From an uncultured Eubacteriales bacterium (GTDB lineage: Bacteria > Bacillota > Clostridia > Christensenellales > Aristaeellaceae): a DNA stretch of 41,969 nt. The notes beneath the pieces are model-generated. The model was not told the DNA's origin, did no database searches, and worked only from the letters and a program-made list of their open reading frames with translations. A program made the position numbers and the translations under genes. Where the stretch lies: positions 1-41,969 of the forward strand of contig CACZOZ010000199.1 of the NCBI GenBank assembly GCA_902782865.1. The letters are read 5' to 3'. This document shows, piece after piece, positions 8,837 to 17,335 of this stretch. The first letter of the stretch is position 1. Each line of letters starts with the position of its first letter.

Positions 8837-10549
8837 TCACATTCTGACAGGCGCTTCCATGCCGATCAGATAGAGGCCTGTGCGGATCACGGAGCGCACA
8901 GCGCTCGTCAGGTCGACCATGGCCGAACGTTTCGCGGCATCGTCATCGAGCACGTGATGGACATAGTAAAACTGATTGTAGGCTTTCGCGATGTCGGTCA
9001 CGGCCCTGGTGATCAGGTAAGGCTCATTTTTATCGCAGGCATCCCTGACAGCTTCGGGGAATCTGCTCAACAGCCTGAGGACGTTCTGCGCTTCGTCACT
9101 GACCAGCGCCGAATGATCCGGAGCGGCGCAGGGCAGATCCTCGGCCTTTCTGAGCACCGAACAGCACCTGGCATGCGTATACTGCACATAGGGCCCCGTA
9201 TCACCGTCAAAGTTCAGAGCCCTGTCCCACCAGAAATCAAGATCCTTGATCCTGCCGTTCTGAAGAGCGGAATAGACCACGGCACCGACACCGACCTGCC
9301 GGGCGACTTCTTCCTTGTTTTCAAGGCCCGGGCTCTTCTCCTCGATGATGGAAAGGGCTTTTTCCTGGGCTTTCGCAAGCACATCCTCCAAGTAGACCAT
9401 ATGCCCTTCGCGGGTGCTCAGCGTTTCGCCCTCGTAAGAGACCATGCCGAACGCGACGTGCTTGAGCTGGGTCTGCGCCCAGTCATAACCCATCAGCTCC
9501 AGCACTTTGAACCACTGCCTGAAATGGAGGTTCTGCTGGTACGCCACCACATACAGGCACAGGTCGAAATGATAGGTGTCCTTCCTGTAAAGGGCCGCGG
9601 CGATATCCCTGGTAGCATACAGGGAAGCGCCGTCCGATTTGAGGATCAGGCAGGGCGGCATGTCCCATTTTTCGAGATCGACGATCTTCGCGCCGTCCGA
9701 ATCCACCAGCAGCCCGCGGGCGTTCAATTCATCGATGACCCGCTGCATTTTATCGTTGTAGAAGCTCTCGCCGGCATAGCTGTCGAAATGCACGTTCAGG
9801 ATGTCATAGATCTTCTGCACATCTCTGAGGGTGATGGCCTTGAAGCGATCGAACAATTCGATCGCTTCCGGATCGTGGTCCTCGATGGCCTTGAACCATT
9901 TCCTGCCCTCATCGAACAGTGCGGCATTCTCCGCCGCTTCCCGGTGAAAGCGCTGATACAGTTCCGTCAGAGCCGCGATCCCGCCTTCGCTGATCTTTTC
10001 GGGGCTGCCCCAGTGTTTATAGGCGGTGATCAGATTGCCGAACTGCGTTCCCCAATCGCCCAGGTGATTGATGCCGACCGTTTTCCACCCCAGAAACTGA
10101 TAGATCCTCATCAGGCTGTTGCCGAGGACCGTTGTGGACAGGTGGCCGATATGGAAGCGTTTTGCGATATTGACGGAGGAGTAATCCATGCAGACCGTCT
10201 TTCCGTTTCCGATCGTATCGCTTCCCCAGTGATCGGGATCGGACAGGATATCGCTCAGTGTGTTCCTGGCAAAAGTCTCGCGGTCAAAAAAGAAATTCAG
10301 ATATCCGCCGACGGCCTGTACACTGAACGCTTCGGGAGCCTCGAGCGCGTCACGCAGCTTGGCCGCGATGGCCGGCGGAGCCGCCCGCAGGACTTTGCTC
10401 AACCGGAAGCAGGGAAAGGCCAGATCGCCCATCTTGCTGTCCGGAGGCACTTCCAGAGCGTCCGAGATCTCAAAAGGGATCACCGTTTCGGGATATAATG
10501 ACGCAAGACATTTTTGAAGATGATCGGATATCAGGGCACGCATGTTCAT
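8837..10549 (-). CDS. argS: Arginine--tRNA ligase
   Basis: The class I 'FHIGHL' (HIGH) motif, a 570-aa ArgS-like layout and 'LSTREG' in the KMSK-equivalent region are present. GGAGG lies upstream of the ATG. Confidence 0.95.
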   Translation of the reverse strand: MNMRALISDHLQKCLASLYPETVIPFEISDALEVPPDSKMGDLAFPCFRLSKVLRAAPPAIAAKLRDALEAPEAFSVQAVGGYLNFFFDRETFARNTLSDILSDPDHWGSDTIGNGKTVCMDYSSVNIAKRFHIGHLSTTVLGNSLMRIYQFLGWKTVGINHLGDWGTQFGNLITAYKHWGSPEKISEGGIAALTELYQRFHREAAENAALFDEGRKWFKAIEDHDPEAIELFDRFKAITLRDVQKIYDILNVHFDSYAGESFYNDKMQRVIDELNARGLLVDSDGAKIVDLEKWDMPPCLILKSDGASLYATRDIAAALYRKDTYHFDLCLYVVAYQQNLHFRQWFKVLELMGYDWAQTQLKHVAFGMVSYEGETLSTREGHMVYLEDVLAKAQEKALSIIEEKSPGLENKEEVARQVGVGAVVYSALQNGRIKDLDFWWDRALNFDGDTGPYVQYTHARCCSVLRKAEDLPCAAPDHSALVSDEAQNVLRLLSRFPEAVRDACDKNEPYLITRAVTDIAKAYNQFYYVHHVLDDDAAKRSAMVDLTSAVRSVIRTGLYLIGMEAPVRM

Positions 10550-10597
10550 CGACGAAATACCTCCAAGTAAAATGGGTACATTAAAAGACCCCCTTAT

Positions 10598-10626
10598 ATG
10601 ATACCATGAAACAAGGGTTAAAGCAA
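10598..10626 (-). promoter_or_regulatory. Possible sigma-A promoter for argS (extended -10)
   Basis: The minus strand reads TTGCTT-17 nt-TATCAT with TGg immediately 5' of the -10. The -35 is weak (3/6). Confidence 0.3.
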
Positions 10627-10739
10627 TTATCCGCTCTGTTTATATCGATGTCTTTTTCCTGCTTTTGAGATCGTTTCGCAAAACGGTCTTTGAGCCCGAA
10701 CGCGGGAGATCACTCTTTTTCAAGCGCGAGGGACAGGGG

Positions 10740-13055
10740 TCATTCCTCGGGCTCTTTGGGCAGGATCAGCCTGACGCCTCTCCTCAATACGTAATCCGAT
10801 CTGAGCCAGTACTGGCCGCCTGAAAAAGCGTCGGTCTCGATGAAGTACCGCGCCCCTTCGATCTCTTCGGGGCTTTGGACCGGAACGAACCGGCCGTCAT
10901 CGGCCAAACGGTAGATCTCGGTCCCTTTGATCCTGGAGAATGTTGCCGAAAGCGCGGAATCCATGACGTGGAAGTACTCACCGTCTTCACTTATGCGGTC
11001 GGTGAGGGCGATATGACCTTTGACCACACTGAAAGAGAACACGGCGCCGCGCTCAAAGAAACCGAGGACTTCGCCTTTGGTGTTGTACAGGTCATAGCGC
11101 GTCCTGAAACCGAATTCCTTCCCCGCGTTTCCGATCAGTGTCGAATTGAGCGTACCGCCTTCCACCAGGCAGAAACGGTATTTCTCCGCCAGCCTTCCGG
11201 GTTCCGTTTCAATGCCTTCGTGCCCGAGGATCTTTAACGCTGTGGAGAGAGCGAAAATAGCGCAGCCGGATTTCTGCAGCTCGCTGTTTTTATAGGCAAC
11301 ATATTTCCACGTGCCGTTGAGCTGATCGTAAGGCTTCACGGGCGAGACTGCGGCATCGTTCTTATTGGCGGACGGGATGAACGTGACGGGTATCTCACGG
11401 CCGCCGGCTTCGCACTGTGTGAAGGGTTCCCCGCCTTCCGTCTCGATCATCCAGCGGATATACCGCCCATTATTATCTTCACTGATATAATGATCGACAG
11501 CCACGTCGCTCTTTGTGACGCGCAGCTGTCCGAGATCGTTCTTAAGGATGATGGTGCCTGTTGCGCTCGTGGTGATGACTGTGGCCGTGACGGATCCGTT
11601 ATCACAGGTGCATTCGGCGCTGACTGCTCCGCTTTTCTCGGGATTGATCCTGACCGACGTGCAGACCGCGTCGCCGCAGACCTGATCGGAGGAGACGGGC
11701 GTCAGCATGATGCGTTTCTTTCCGGATCCGAAAGCGGGTATGCGGACCCGCCATATCCCGTTTTCATCCATGCTCGATCCGCGGTCCGCCGTTAAGTCAA
11801 GACCCCAGTCTGTTTTGATGAGAACGTGGTCTGTATTCGCTGAGGAAGAAAACGTGGCTACGATGCTGTCCTGATAAGCGGTATAGTTCTGCTTGTCCGT
11901 CGTGATCTCATCGGAAATAAAAGGCTTCACGGTATCCGGCAGGCGGAAGATGCTTACGTGCCCGTCGGTGGTCCCATCCGAGATGCGGATATGGGTGTAT
12001 GTGACATGGTCCGATCTGCCCTCCGGGAGATCGATGGTCAATTCGCGGTCCATGGGGAACAAAACAGCTTCGCCTTCTTCCGCCACAGCATGCCAATCGT
12101 CAAGATCGCTTTCGACTCCGACGGTATAGCTGGCGGCATCGCTCACGATGGTGAGCACATTGCTGCCCTTTGGCTGATCCTGATCCAGCAGGATCTCTTC
12201 TTCAAGACTGTCACAGTCAAGGATGCCCAGGGGCACGGTCAGGCTTGAATTGATCGTCGAGATCCGAAGGGAAGCTCCGCTGACGACGCTGCCGTCAGGC
12301 AGCGCGCAGACATGGAGGATATCCCCATCCGCGCCTGCGGTCCTGTCCAGGAGAAAATGGTCGTCATCGCACTCGGCTGTCCAGATACCGCCGGAATGCA
12401 CCGTGAGTGAATGGATACCGCCGTAAACATAGAATACACCGCCTTCTCCTTCACAGGAGATGCCGGATCCGGGAAGTACATCGAATGAAACGTCGTCTGA
12501 TTCGGCCTCATGACCACTCACGTGCTTCAATGTGCAGCTGACGGTGTAATGCCCCGTCCGGCGCGGCTGGTAAGAAAAAAGACCGCTTTTGCCCGTCTGA
12601 CGCCAGACGATATCATTTTCACGCAGGACAGTTATGAAAAACTCCGTATCATCGGGATCCAGGTCGTTTTCGACCGATATCCTGACGGGCTCCCCAAGTG
12701 TGACCCTGTCTGTGGAGAGCTTCACTTCACATTCCAATACGCCATACACTTCGAAGGGCACCGAAACGGTCTCTTCGGGCCCGGATCCGTCTTTTGCCGT
12801 CACTTCCAGTACATAATCGCCGGCGTCGCGGGGGATATAAGCTCCGGTCCTGCTCGTTGTTTCCGCGCTTGAAAACAATTTCTTATCATCCCGTGAAACG
12901 GTGTAAACAAACAGCGATCTGTCGCTGCTGACGAGGAAATCAAGCTCCTGGCCGGAAAAAAGTGTATCGGCAGACAGTGAGACAGCGGTCTCGGCTCCGG
13001 CGGAACAGACACCAAGTATCATTATGATCAATACGGCAAAATACAGTCTGCGCAT
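10740..13055 (-). CDS. Secreted multi-domain protein: signal peptide, repeated beta-sandwich-like modules, and a C-terminal papain-fold (C39-like) Cys/His domain
   Basis: The signal peptide 'MRRLYFAVLIIMILGVCSAGA/ETA' has an AxA-type site. There are two similar N-terminal repeats ('...GDYVLEVTAKDG...VPFEVY' and '...GHYTVSCTLKHV...VSFDVL'). The C-terminal region has 'LQKSGCAIFALSTALKILG' ... 'VVKGHIALTD' ... 'YFHVMDSA'. No LPXTG or lipobox is present. Confidence 0.8.
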   Translation of the reverse strand: MRRLYFAVLIIMILGVCSAGAETAVSLSADTLFSGQELDFLVSSDRSLFVYTVSRDDKKLFSSAETTSRTGAYIPRDAGDYVLEVTAKDGSGPEETVSVPFEVYGVLECEVKLSTDRVTLGEPVRISVENDLDPDDTEFFITVLRENDIVWRQTGKSGLFSYQPRRTGHYTVSCTLKHVSGHEAESDDVSFDVLPGSGISCEGEGGVFYVYGGIHSLTVHSGGIWTAECDDDHFLLDRTAGADGDILHVCALPDGSVVSGASLRISTINSSLTVPLGILDCDSLEEEILLDQDQPKGSNVLTIVSDAASYTVGVESDLDDWHAVAEEGEAVLFPMDRELTIDLPEGRSDHVTYTHIRISDGTTDGHVSIFRLPDTVKPFISDEITTDKQNYTAYQDSIVATFSSSANTDHVLIKTDWGLDLTADRGSSMDENGIWRVRIPAFGSGKKRIMLTPVSSDQVCGDAVCTSVRINPEKSGAVSAECTCDNGSVTATVITTSATGTIILKNDLGQLRVTKSDVAVDHYISEDNNGRYIRWMIETEGGEPFTQCEAGGREIPVTFIPSANKNDAAVSPVKPYDQLNGTWKYVAYKNSELQKSGCAIFALSTALKILGHEGIETEPGRLAEKYRFCLVEGGTLNSTLIGNAGKEFGFRTRYDLYNTKGEVLGFFERGAVFSFSVVKGHIALTDRISEDGEYFHVMDSALSATFSRIKGTEIYRLADDGRFVPVQSPEEIEGARYFIETDAFSGGQYWLRSDYVLRRGVRLILPKEPEE

Positions 13056-13086
13056 AGCTGAGATCCTTTCATTGAGAACTGATACG

Positions 13087-13115
13087 ATTATAAATCAAAT
13101 CCCGGCGATTGAAAA
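13087..13115 (-). promoter_or_regulatory. Candidate sigma-A promoter for the secreted-protein gene
   Basis: The minus strand reads TTTTCA-17 nt-TATAAT, about 30 nt upstream of the ATG. An AAAGGA RBS lies between the promoter and the start codon. Confidence 0.4.
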
Positions 13116-13224
13116 CATGATTTTACGGGCCATTATCGACGGACGCGGATAACATAAGGCAGGAAAAACCATCGGAATGCAGAATGATATATAGTTAAGC
13201 ATCGGGTACGCAGCAGGAGGCAGT

Positions 13225-16200
13225 ATGCTGATCGATCGATTCAAACAGGCCTGTACTTTAGAACAGTGGGAAGCCGGCGAAGGGCTGCTCCGGTCCAGCG
13301 GCCTGGGCAGGAACATTTCGGACAGCGAAGCCTGCTTTGAGATCCCGGACAACGGGACAGTCTGTCATGTCCGTGTCACAGCCGTTTCGGTCGACTGCGA
13401 CTGCGGAGCGGACATTTGCGCGCATCGTGCCGCCGCCTTGCTGTACTGTCAAAAAAACGGCATCCTGACCGATCTTGAGATCCGTTGGTCCGCGCGATCG
13501 GAAAACGTCATAAGCGAAGCGTGGAAAAAAGCCCATATGTCCTCGGAACTGAGGCTGGTCCCGGTACTGCAGTTGAAGGATCGACAGCTTTATCTTCTTT
13601 TCAGGATCGGTGACACGAAGCTGTACAGCGTCAGCGCGTCCGCTCTTTTGAGCGCCAGACGCGAGGGCAGAGAGCTCCCTGTAAAGGACGATCTCGCGAT
13701 CGGCCATGACCTGTTGTGGTTCGGCGACAGGGAAGAGCTTCTTCTGAACGTATTGGAAGGCGCTTCGAAGGACAGTTATAAAGGGAAATGGCTCCGGCTC
13801 GGCGAGGGTCTGTGCGGGGCCGTGCTTGACCGTCTGGATGGCCTGGATTTCGAGTACAGACACGGTACCCGCAAAAAAGCCTGCCGCGGCATACCGCAGT
13901 GGAGCGGACCGCTGCGGTTTTCCCTCACCGGCAATATGATGAAGGCCGTTCTGAGCGTCTCGCTCCCTGAAGGGTTTATCCTGTTCGAACACGGCCGGTT
14001 CATCTGCGCCGGTGATTCCCTGTGGGCTGTGGACCGGCATGACCGTCCGCTGTATGACGCGCTCGCGTCCCTGTCCGAAGGAGGCTCCGAGGTCTCCGCC
14101 GTATTTACATCCGATCAACGGTCCGTACTTTTCCATGAGATCGTTCCCTGGCTCGAGGGAAGGCATGAACTGACTATCGATCCCGAACTGAAGAATAAAC
14201 TTGAAAACCTGGATGAGATGCGCGGGAAAGTCTTCCTGGATGTTTCTCACGGTGATATCATCGCCGAGATCCATTTTGTTTACGGAAGGATCGACATCAA
14301 TCCGTTCAGAGCCGCGGACCAGGCACCGGTGCTTTTACTGCGCAACGGCACGGAGGAAGAGCGGATCATGGCGGTTTTGGCAGACGCCGGCTTCCGGGTC
14401 AGAAAAGGGCTCGCGTACCTTGACAACAGCGAGCAGATCTTCGCTTTTCTGAAGGAACGGTTGCCGCTGCTCCAGGGATCCTGCGAGGTCTACATGAGCC
14501 GGGATTTTGAAAGGATCATTCCGAGAAAGCCCCGTTTTCACGGCGTTATGCGATCGGAAACGCAGGGCTTCCGGCTGGAGCTCCTGGATGATGATGTGCC
14601 AGTGCCGCTGATCCCGATCATGGAAGCTCTCGCGAAGAAAAAGAAATATTTCCGTCTGGCGGACGGTTCCTTCATCCTGCTTGATGATATCAGGGACTGG
14701 GAAAATTTCGTTGAAGCTGTCAATGAGGGGCACAGCGGCGGGAACGGAAGATTCAGCGACTTCTTTGAATATTATAAAGCACCGTGGATCAGTTCCCTGA
14801 TATCGAAGAACAAACTTCCATGGAAAGCGGACGAAAAGGTCACGGATATCATCAATTTCAGGACCGAAGTGCCGGAACCCGATATGAAAGGCATGCATCC
14901 CTATCAGGTGCGCGGGTTTGAATGGCTGTACACGCTGCATAAACTCGGCATGGGCGGTATCCTGGCCGATGAGATGGGTTTGGGGAAAACGATCCAGGCG
15001 ATAGCCGTGATCCTCCAGATGAGAAACGAGGATGAGGAAAAGATGCCGTCCCTCATCGTGGCTCCCACTTCCCTGACCTATAACTGGTATTCGGAATTCA
15101 AGCAGTTCGCTCCGTCGCTGGAGGCGTTTATCCTGCAGGGACCTCAGGACAGGCGCAGAAAGGATCTGGAGCTGTGTATGAACGCGTCTCAAACGGATGT
15201 CGTTCTGACCAGCTATCCTATTTTGAGACGGGACGCCTCCTTTCTGGCCCGGTACCGCTTCCGCTTTGTGATCCTGGACGAAGCGCAGGAAGTGAAAAAC
15301 GCGATGACTCTGGCGGCTCACGCGGTGAGATGTCTGCAGGCGCAGACCAGGTTCGCCCTGACCGGAACGCCCCTGGAAAACCACATCGGAGAACTGTGGA
15401 GCATTTTCGATTTTATCCTGCCGGATTATCTCCCTTCCTATTCGGTATTCATGTCCAGATGGGGGAAAGGGGAGGGCACACAGGAGCTTTACGAGAGGAT
15501 CAGGCCGTTTTTCATGCGGAGGCTGAAAAAGGACGTCCTGGAGGAACTGCCGCCGAAGATGGAGCACAGGATCATGGTGCGCATGACGCCCGATCAAAAG
15601 GATGTATATACGGCGGCTCTGTTCCAGAAGAACGAACGGGTGCATCAGGTGCTGAACGAAAAAGGTCTTCGCGACAGCCGCGGCGATATCCTCCGGGCGA
15701 TCACGGAATTGAGAGAGATATGCTGTCATCCCCGCCTCTGCCTTCCGGAAACGAAAGCGGACTCAGGCAAGATCGAGCTGCTGCTTTCACTGATCCCCAA
15801 GGCTCTGGAGTCCGGCAACAGATTTCTGATCTTTACTCAGTTCAGAGGTATCCTTTCGATGCTGGAAGAACGCCTGAGGGATATGGGGATCGTTACGATG
15901 ATGATCCACGGGGAGACCCCTGCAGACGAAAGAAAGAATCTGACGGACCGATTCAATTCCGGGGAGGGACAGGTATTCCTGATCTCGCTTAAAGCCGGCG
16001 GTACGGGACTGAACCTGACCGGTGCCGACATCGTTGTACATTTCGAACCCTGGTGGAACCCCAATGTGGAGGATCAGGCGGACGGCAGGGCCCACCGGAT
16101 CGGTCAGACGAGACCGGTGGACGTCTGGAAACTGATCCTCGCGGACACGATCGAGGAAAAGATCGTCGCCCTCGGCAGAAGCAAAAGAGAGCTCTTTGAT

Positions 16201-16284
16201 CAGCTGATCAGGCCCGGGGAGACTTTCCCGACAGGACTGAAGACCGAAGAACTGCTGAAGCTGTTTGAGCCTGTGCGGGATTGA
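13225..16284 (+). CDS. SWIM zinc finger / SNF2-family helicase-like ATPase (YwqA-like, with the SWIM module fused)
   Basis: The N-terminal SWIM-like motif is 'CDCGADICAH'. SNF2 motifs are I 'ADEMGLGKTIQ', II 'ILDEAQEVKN', III 'LTGTPLEN', and V/VI 'LKAGGTGLNLTGA...DGRAHRIGQ'. AGGAGG precedes the ATG. Confidence 0.9.
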   Translation: MLIDRFKQACTLEQWEAGEGLLRSSGLGRNISDSEACFEIPDNGTVCHVRVTAVSVDCDCGADICAHRAAALLYCQKNGILTDLEIRWSARSENVISEAWKKAHMSSELRLVPVLQLKDRQLYLLFRIGDTKLYSVSASALLSARREGRELPVKDDLAIGHDLLWFGDREELLLNVLEGASKDSYKGKWLRLGEGLCGAVLDRLDGLDFEYRHGTRKKACRGIPQWSGPLRFSLTGNMMKAVLSVSLPEGFILFEHGRFICAGDSLWAVDRHDRPLYDALASLSEGGSEVSAVFTSDQRSVLFHEIVPWLEGRHELTIDPELKNKLENLDEMRGKVFLDVSHGDIIAEIHFVYGRIDINPFRAADQAPVLLLRNGTEEERIMAVLADAGFRVRKGLAYLDNSEQIFAFLKERLPLLQGSCEVYMSRDFERIIPRKPRFHGVMRSETQGFRLELLDDDVPVPLIPIMEALAKKKKYFRLADGSFILLDDIRDWENFVEAVNEGHSGGNGRFSDFFEYYKAPWISSLISKNKLPWKADEKVTDIINFRTEVPEPDMKGMHPYQVRGFEWLYTLHKLGMGGILADEMGLGKTIQAIAVILQMRNEDEEKMPSLIVAPTSLTYNWYSEFKQFAPSLEAFILQGPQDRRRKDLELCMNASQTDVVLTSYPILRRDASFLARYRFRFVILDEAQEVKNAMTLAAHAVRCLQAQTRFALTGTPLENHIGELWSIFDFILPDYLPSYSVFMSRWGKGEGTQELYERIRPFFMRRLKKDVLEELPPKMEHRIMVRMTPDQKDVYTAALFQKNERVHQVLNEKGLRDSRGDILRAITELREICCHPRLCLPETKADSGKIELLLSLIPKALESGNRFLIFTQFRGILSMLEERLRDMGIVTMMIHGETPADERKNLTDRFNSGEGQVFLISLKAGGTGLNLTGADIVVHFEPWWNPNVEDQADGRAHRIGQTRPVDVWKLILADTIEEKIVALGRSKRELFDQLIRPGETFPTGLKTEELLKLFEPVRD

Positions 16285-16343
16285 CTTTATCGCGGTGAGT
16301 TGATACACTGAAAAGACCGGCCAGGACCCGGTCACGGAGGTCA

Positions 16344-16916
16344 ATGATGGATAATCACGATTATGATCCGAAAACGATATGGAATGTTCCCAATGTTCTG
16401 ACGATGCTGCGGATGGCCCTGATCCCCGTTTTTGTGTATCTTTTCATGAACGGGCATGATATGTGGGCGCTGGCGGTCTACTGCGCCGCTTCTTTGACGG
16501 ATGTCGCTGACGGCCATATCGCGCGGAAGTACCATATGATCACGGACTTTGGCAAACTCGTCGATCCGCTGGCGGACAAGCTGATGGTGATCGCCCTGAT
16601 GACTACGATGGTCATACGCGGCATCCTTCCCGTGCCCATTCTGGTGATCCTCGTGACGAAAGAACTGCTGATGCTTCTCGGCGGTGCCTATATGTACAAG
16701 AAAGGCATCGTGGTTTACAGCAAGGTGATAGGAAAAGCGGCTCAGGCTGTTGTGGTGTCAGGACTGGTGCTTTGCTTTTTCCATGACTGGTTCGCGCGTC
16801 TGGGCGTGCCCGTCCACCTGATCGTGCTCTGGTGCGGCGTGGCGCTGACGATCTGCGCGCTCGTTTTTTACGGCAGGGGCGCTCTTGAGCAGCTGCGCGG
16901 ATTGAAAGATAAGTGA
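16344..16916 (+). CDS. pgsA: CDP-diacylglycerol--glycerol-3-phosphate 3-phosphatidyltransferase
   Basis: The CDP-alcohol phosphatidyltransferase motif 'DVADGHIARKYHMITDFGKLVDPLADK' is present and the protein is multi-TM. The start may be the second ATG at 16347, which has better spacing from GGAGG. Confidence 0.9.
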   Translation: MMDNHDYDPKTIWNVPNVLTMLRMALIPVFVYLFMNGHDMWALAVYCAASLTDVADGHIARKYHMITDFGKLVDPLADKLMVIALMTTMVIRGILPVPILVILVTKELLMLLGGAYMYKKGIVVYSKVIGKAAQAVVVSGLVLCFFHDWFARLGVPVHLIVLWCGVALTICALVFYGRGALEQLRGLKDK

Positions 16917-16971
16917 ACGAAAAGAACGGGTCGAACGTTATATATCCGTAAATGAGATTTGGAGGGCAGAT

Positions 16972-17316
16972 ATGGATCCTGTTGAAAGAGCGAAGCAGTT
17001 GGCGGAAGATATCAGATCCAGCGCGGAGTATACAGAGTATCACAGGCAGAAAGAGGCGCTGAAGGATGACGCCGCGATCATGGCGCTGCTGAAAGAGTAT
17101 GGGAAAATGCAGATGAACATCCAGCTGAAAGTCGCTTCGGGGCAGAACCCGGATAATGACGAAGTGCAGCGGTTCAATCAGCTCAGCAGCCTTTTGTTCG
17201 CGGACGAAAGGACATCTTCGTATATCCTTTCCCAGATGAGGATGCAGAAGCTCACGGCGGATATCCTGCAGATCATCGGAACTGCCGCCGAGCTCGATGA
17301 GAATCTCCCGATGTGA
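16972..17316 (+). CDS. YlbF/YmcA-family regulatory protein (Com_YlbF-like)
   Basis: This is a 114-aa helical protein with N-terminus 'ERAKQLAEDIRSSAEYTEYHRQKEAL...LLKEY', typical of the family. GGAGGG precedes the ATG. Confidence 0.7.
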   Translation: MDPVERAKQLAEDIRSSAEYTEYHRQKEALKDDAAIMALLKEYGKMQMNIQLKVASGQNPDNDEVQRFNQLSSLLFADERTSSYILSQMRMQKLTADILQIIGTAAELDENLPM

Positions 17317-17335
17317 CGGTGAAAGGCCTTGACCG

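Noticed and set aside
8705-10498. A 597-aa ORF antisense to argS. Similar long antisense ORFs occur at 957-1772, 3078-3974, 6702-8030, 22117-23055, 25037-26044, 33513-34619, 34802-35743 and 37253-38245.
   Set aside because: Each is nested entirely opposite a gene with unmistakable conserved motifs. They have Arg/Gly/Pro/Asp-rich low-information composition, no recognisable motifs and no convincing RBS. These are the shadow ORFs expected in moderately GC-rich DNA.
10550-10739. A possible T-box leader or riboswitch upstream of argS.
   Set aside because: The gap is only 190 nt. I could not find the conserved T-box sequence (..GGTGGTACCGCG..) or a terminator/antiterminator pair on the minus strand. 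The region looks like a plain promoter plus RBS.
14335-15729. A 464-aa ORF antisense to the SNF2 ATPase core.
   Set aside because: The reasoning is the same as for the other antisense ORFs. The plus-strand frame carries all SNF2 motifs, and the antisense product has no recognisable features.
13225-16284. The SNF2 helicase as part of a DISARM/BREX-type defence system.
   Set aside because: No methyltransferase, PLD nuclease, DUF1998-like helicase partner or other defence gene is adjacent. The neighbours are a secreted protein gene and pgsA.
16316-16334. The hairpin GACCGG-CCAGGAC-CCGGTC after the SNF2 gene.
   Set aside because: It has no downstream T-tract and only a 6-bp stem, and it abuts the pgsA RBS. 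I did not call it a terminator.
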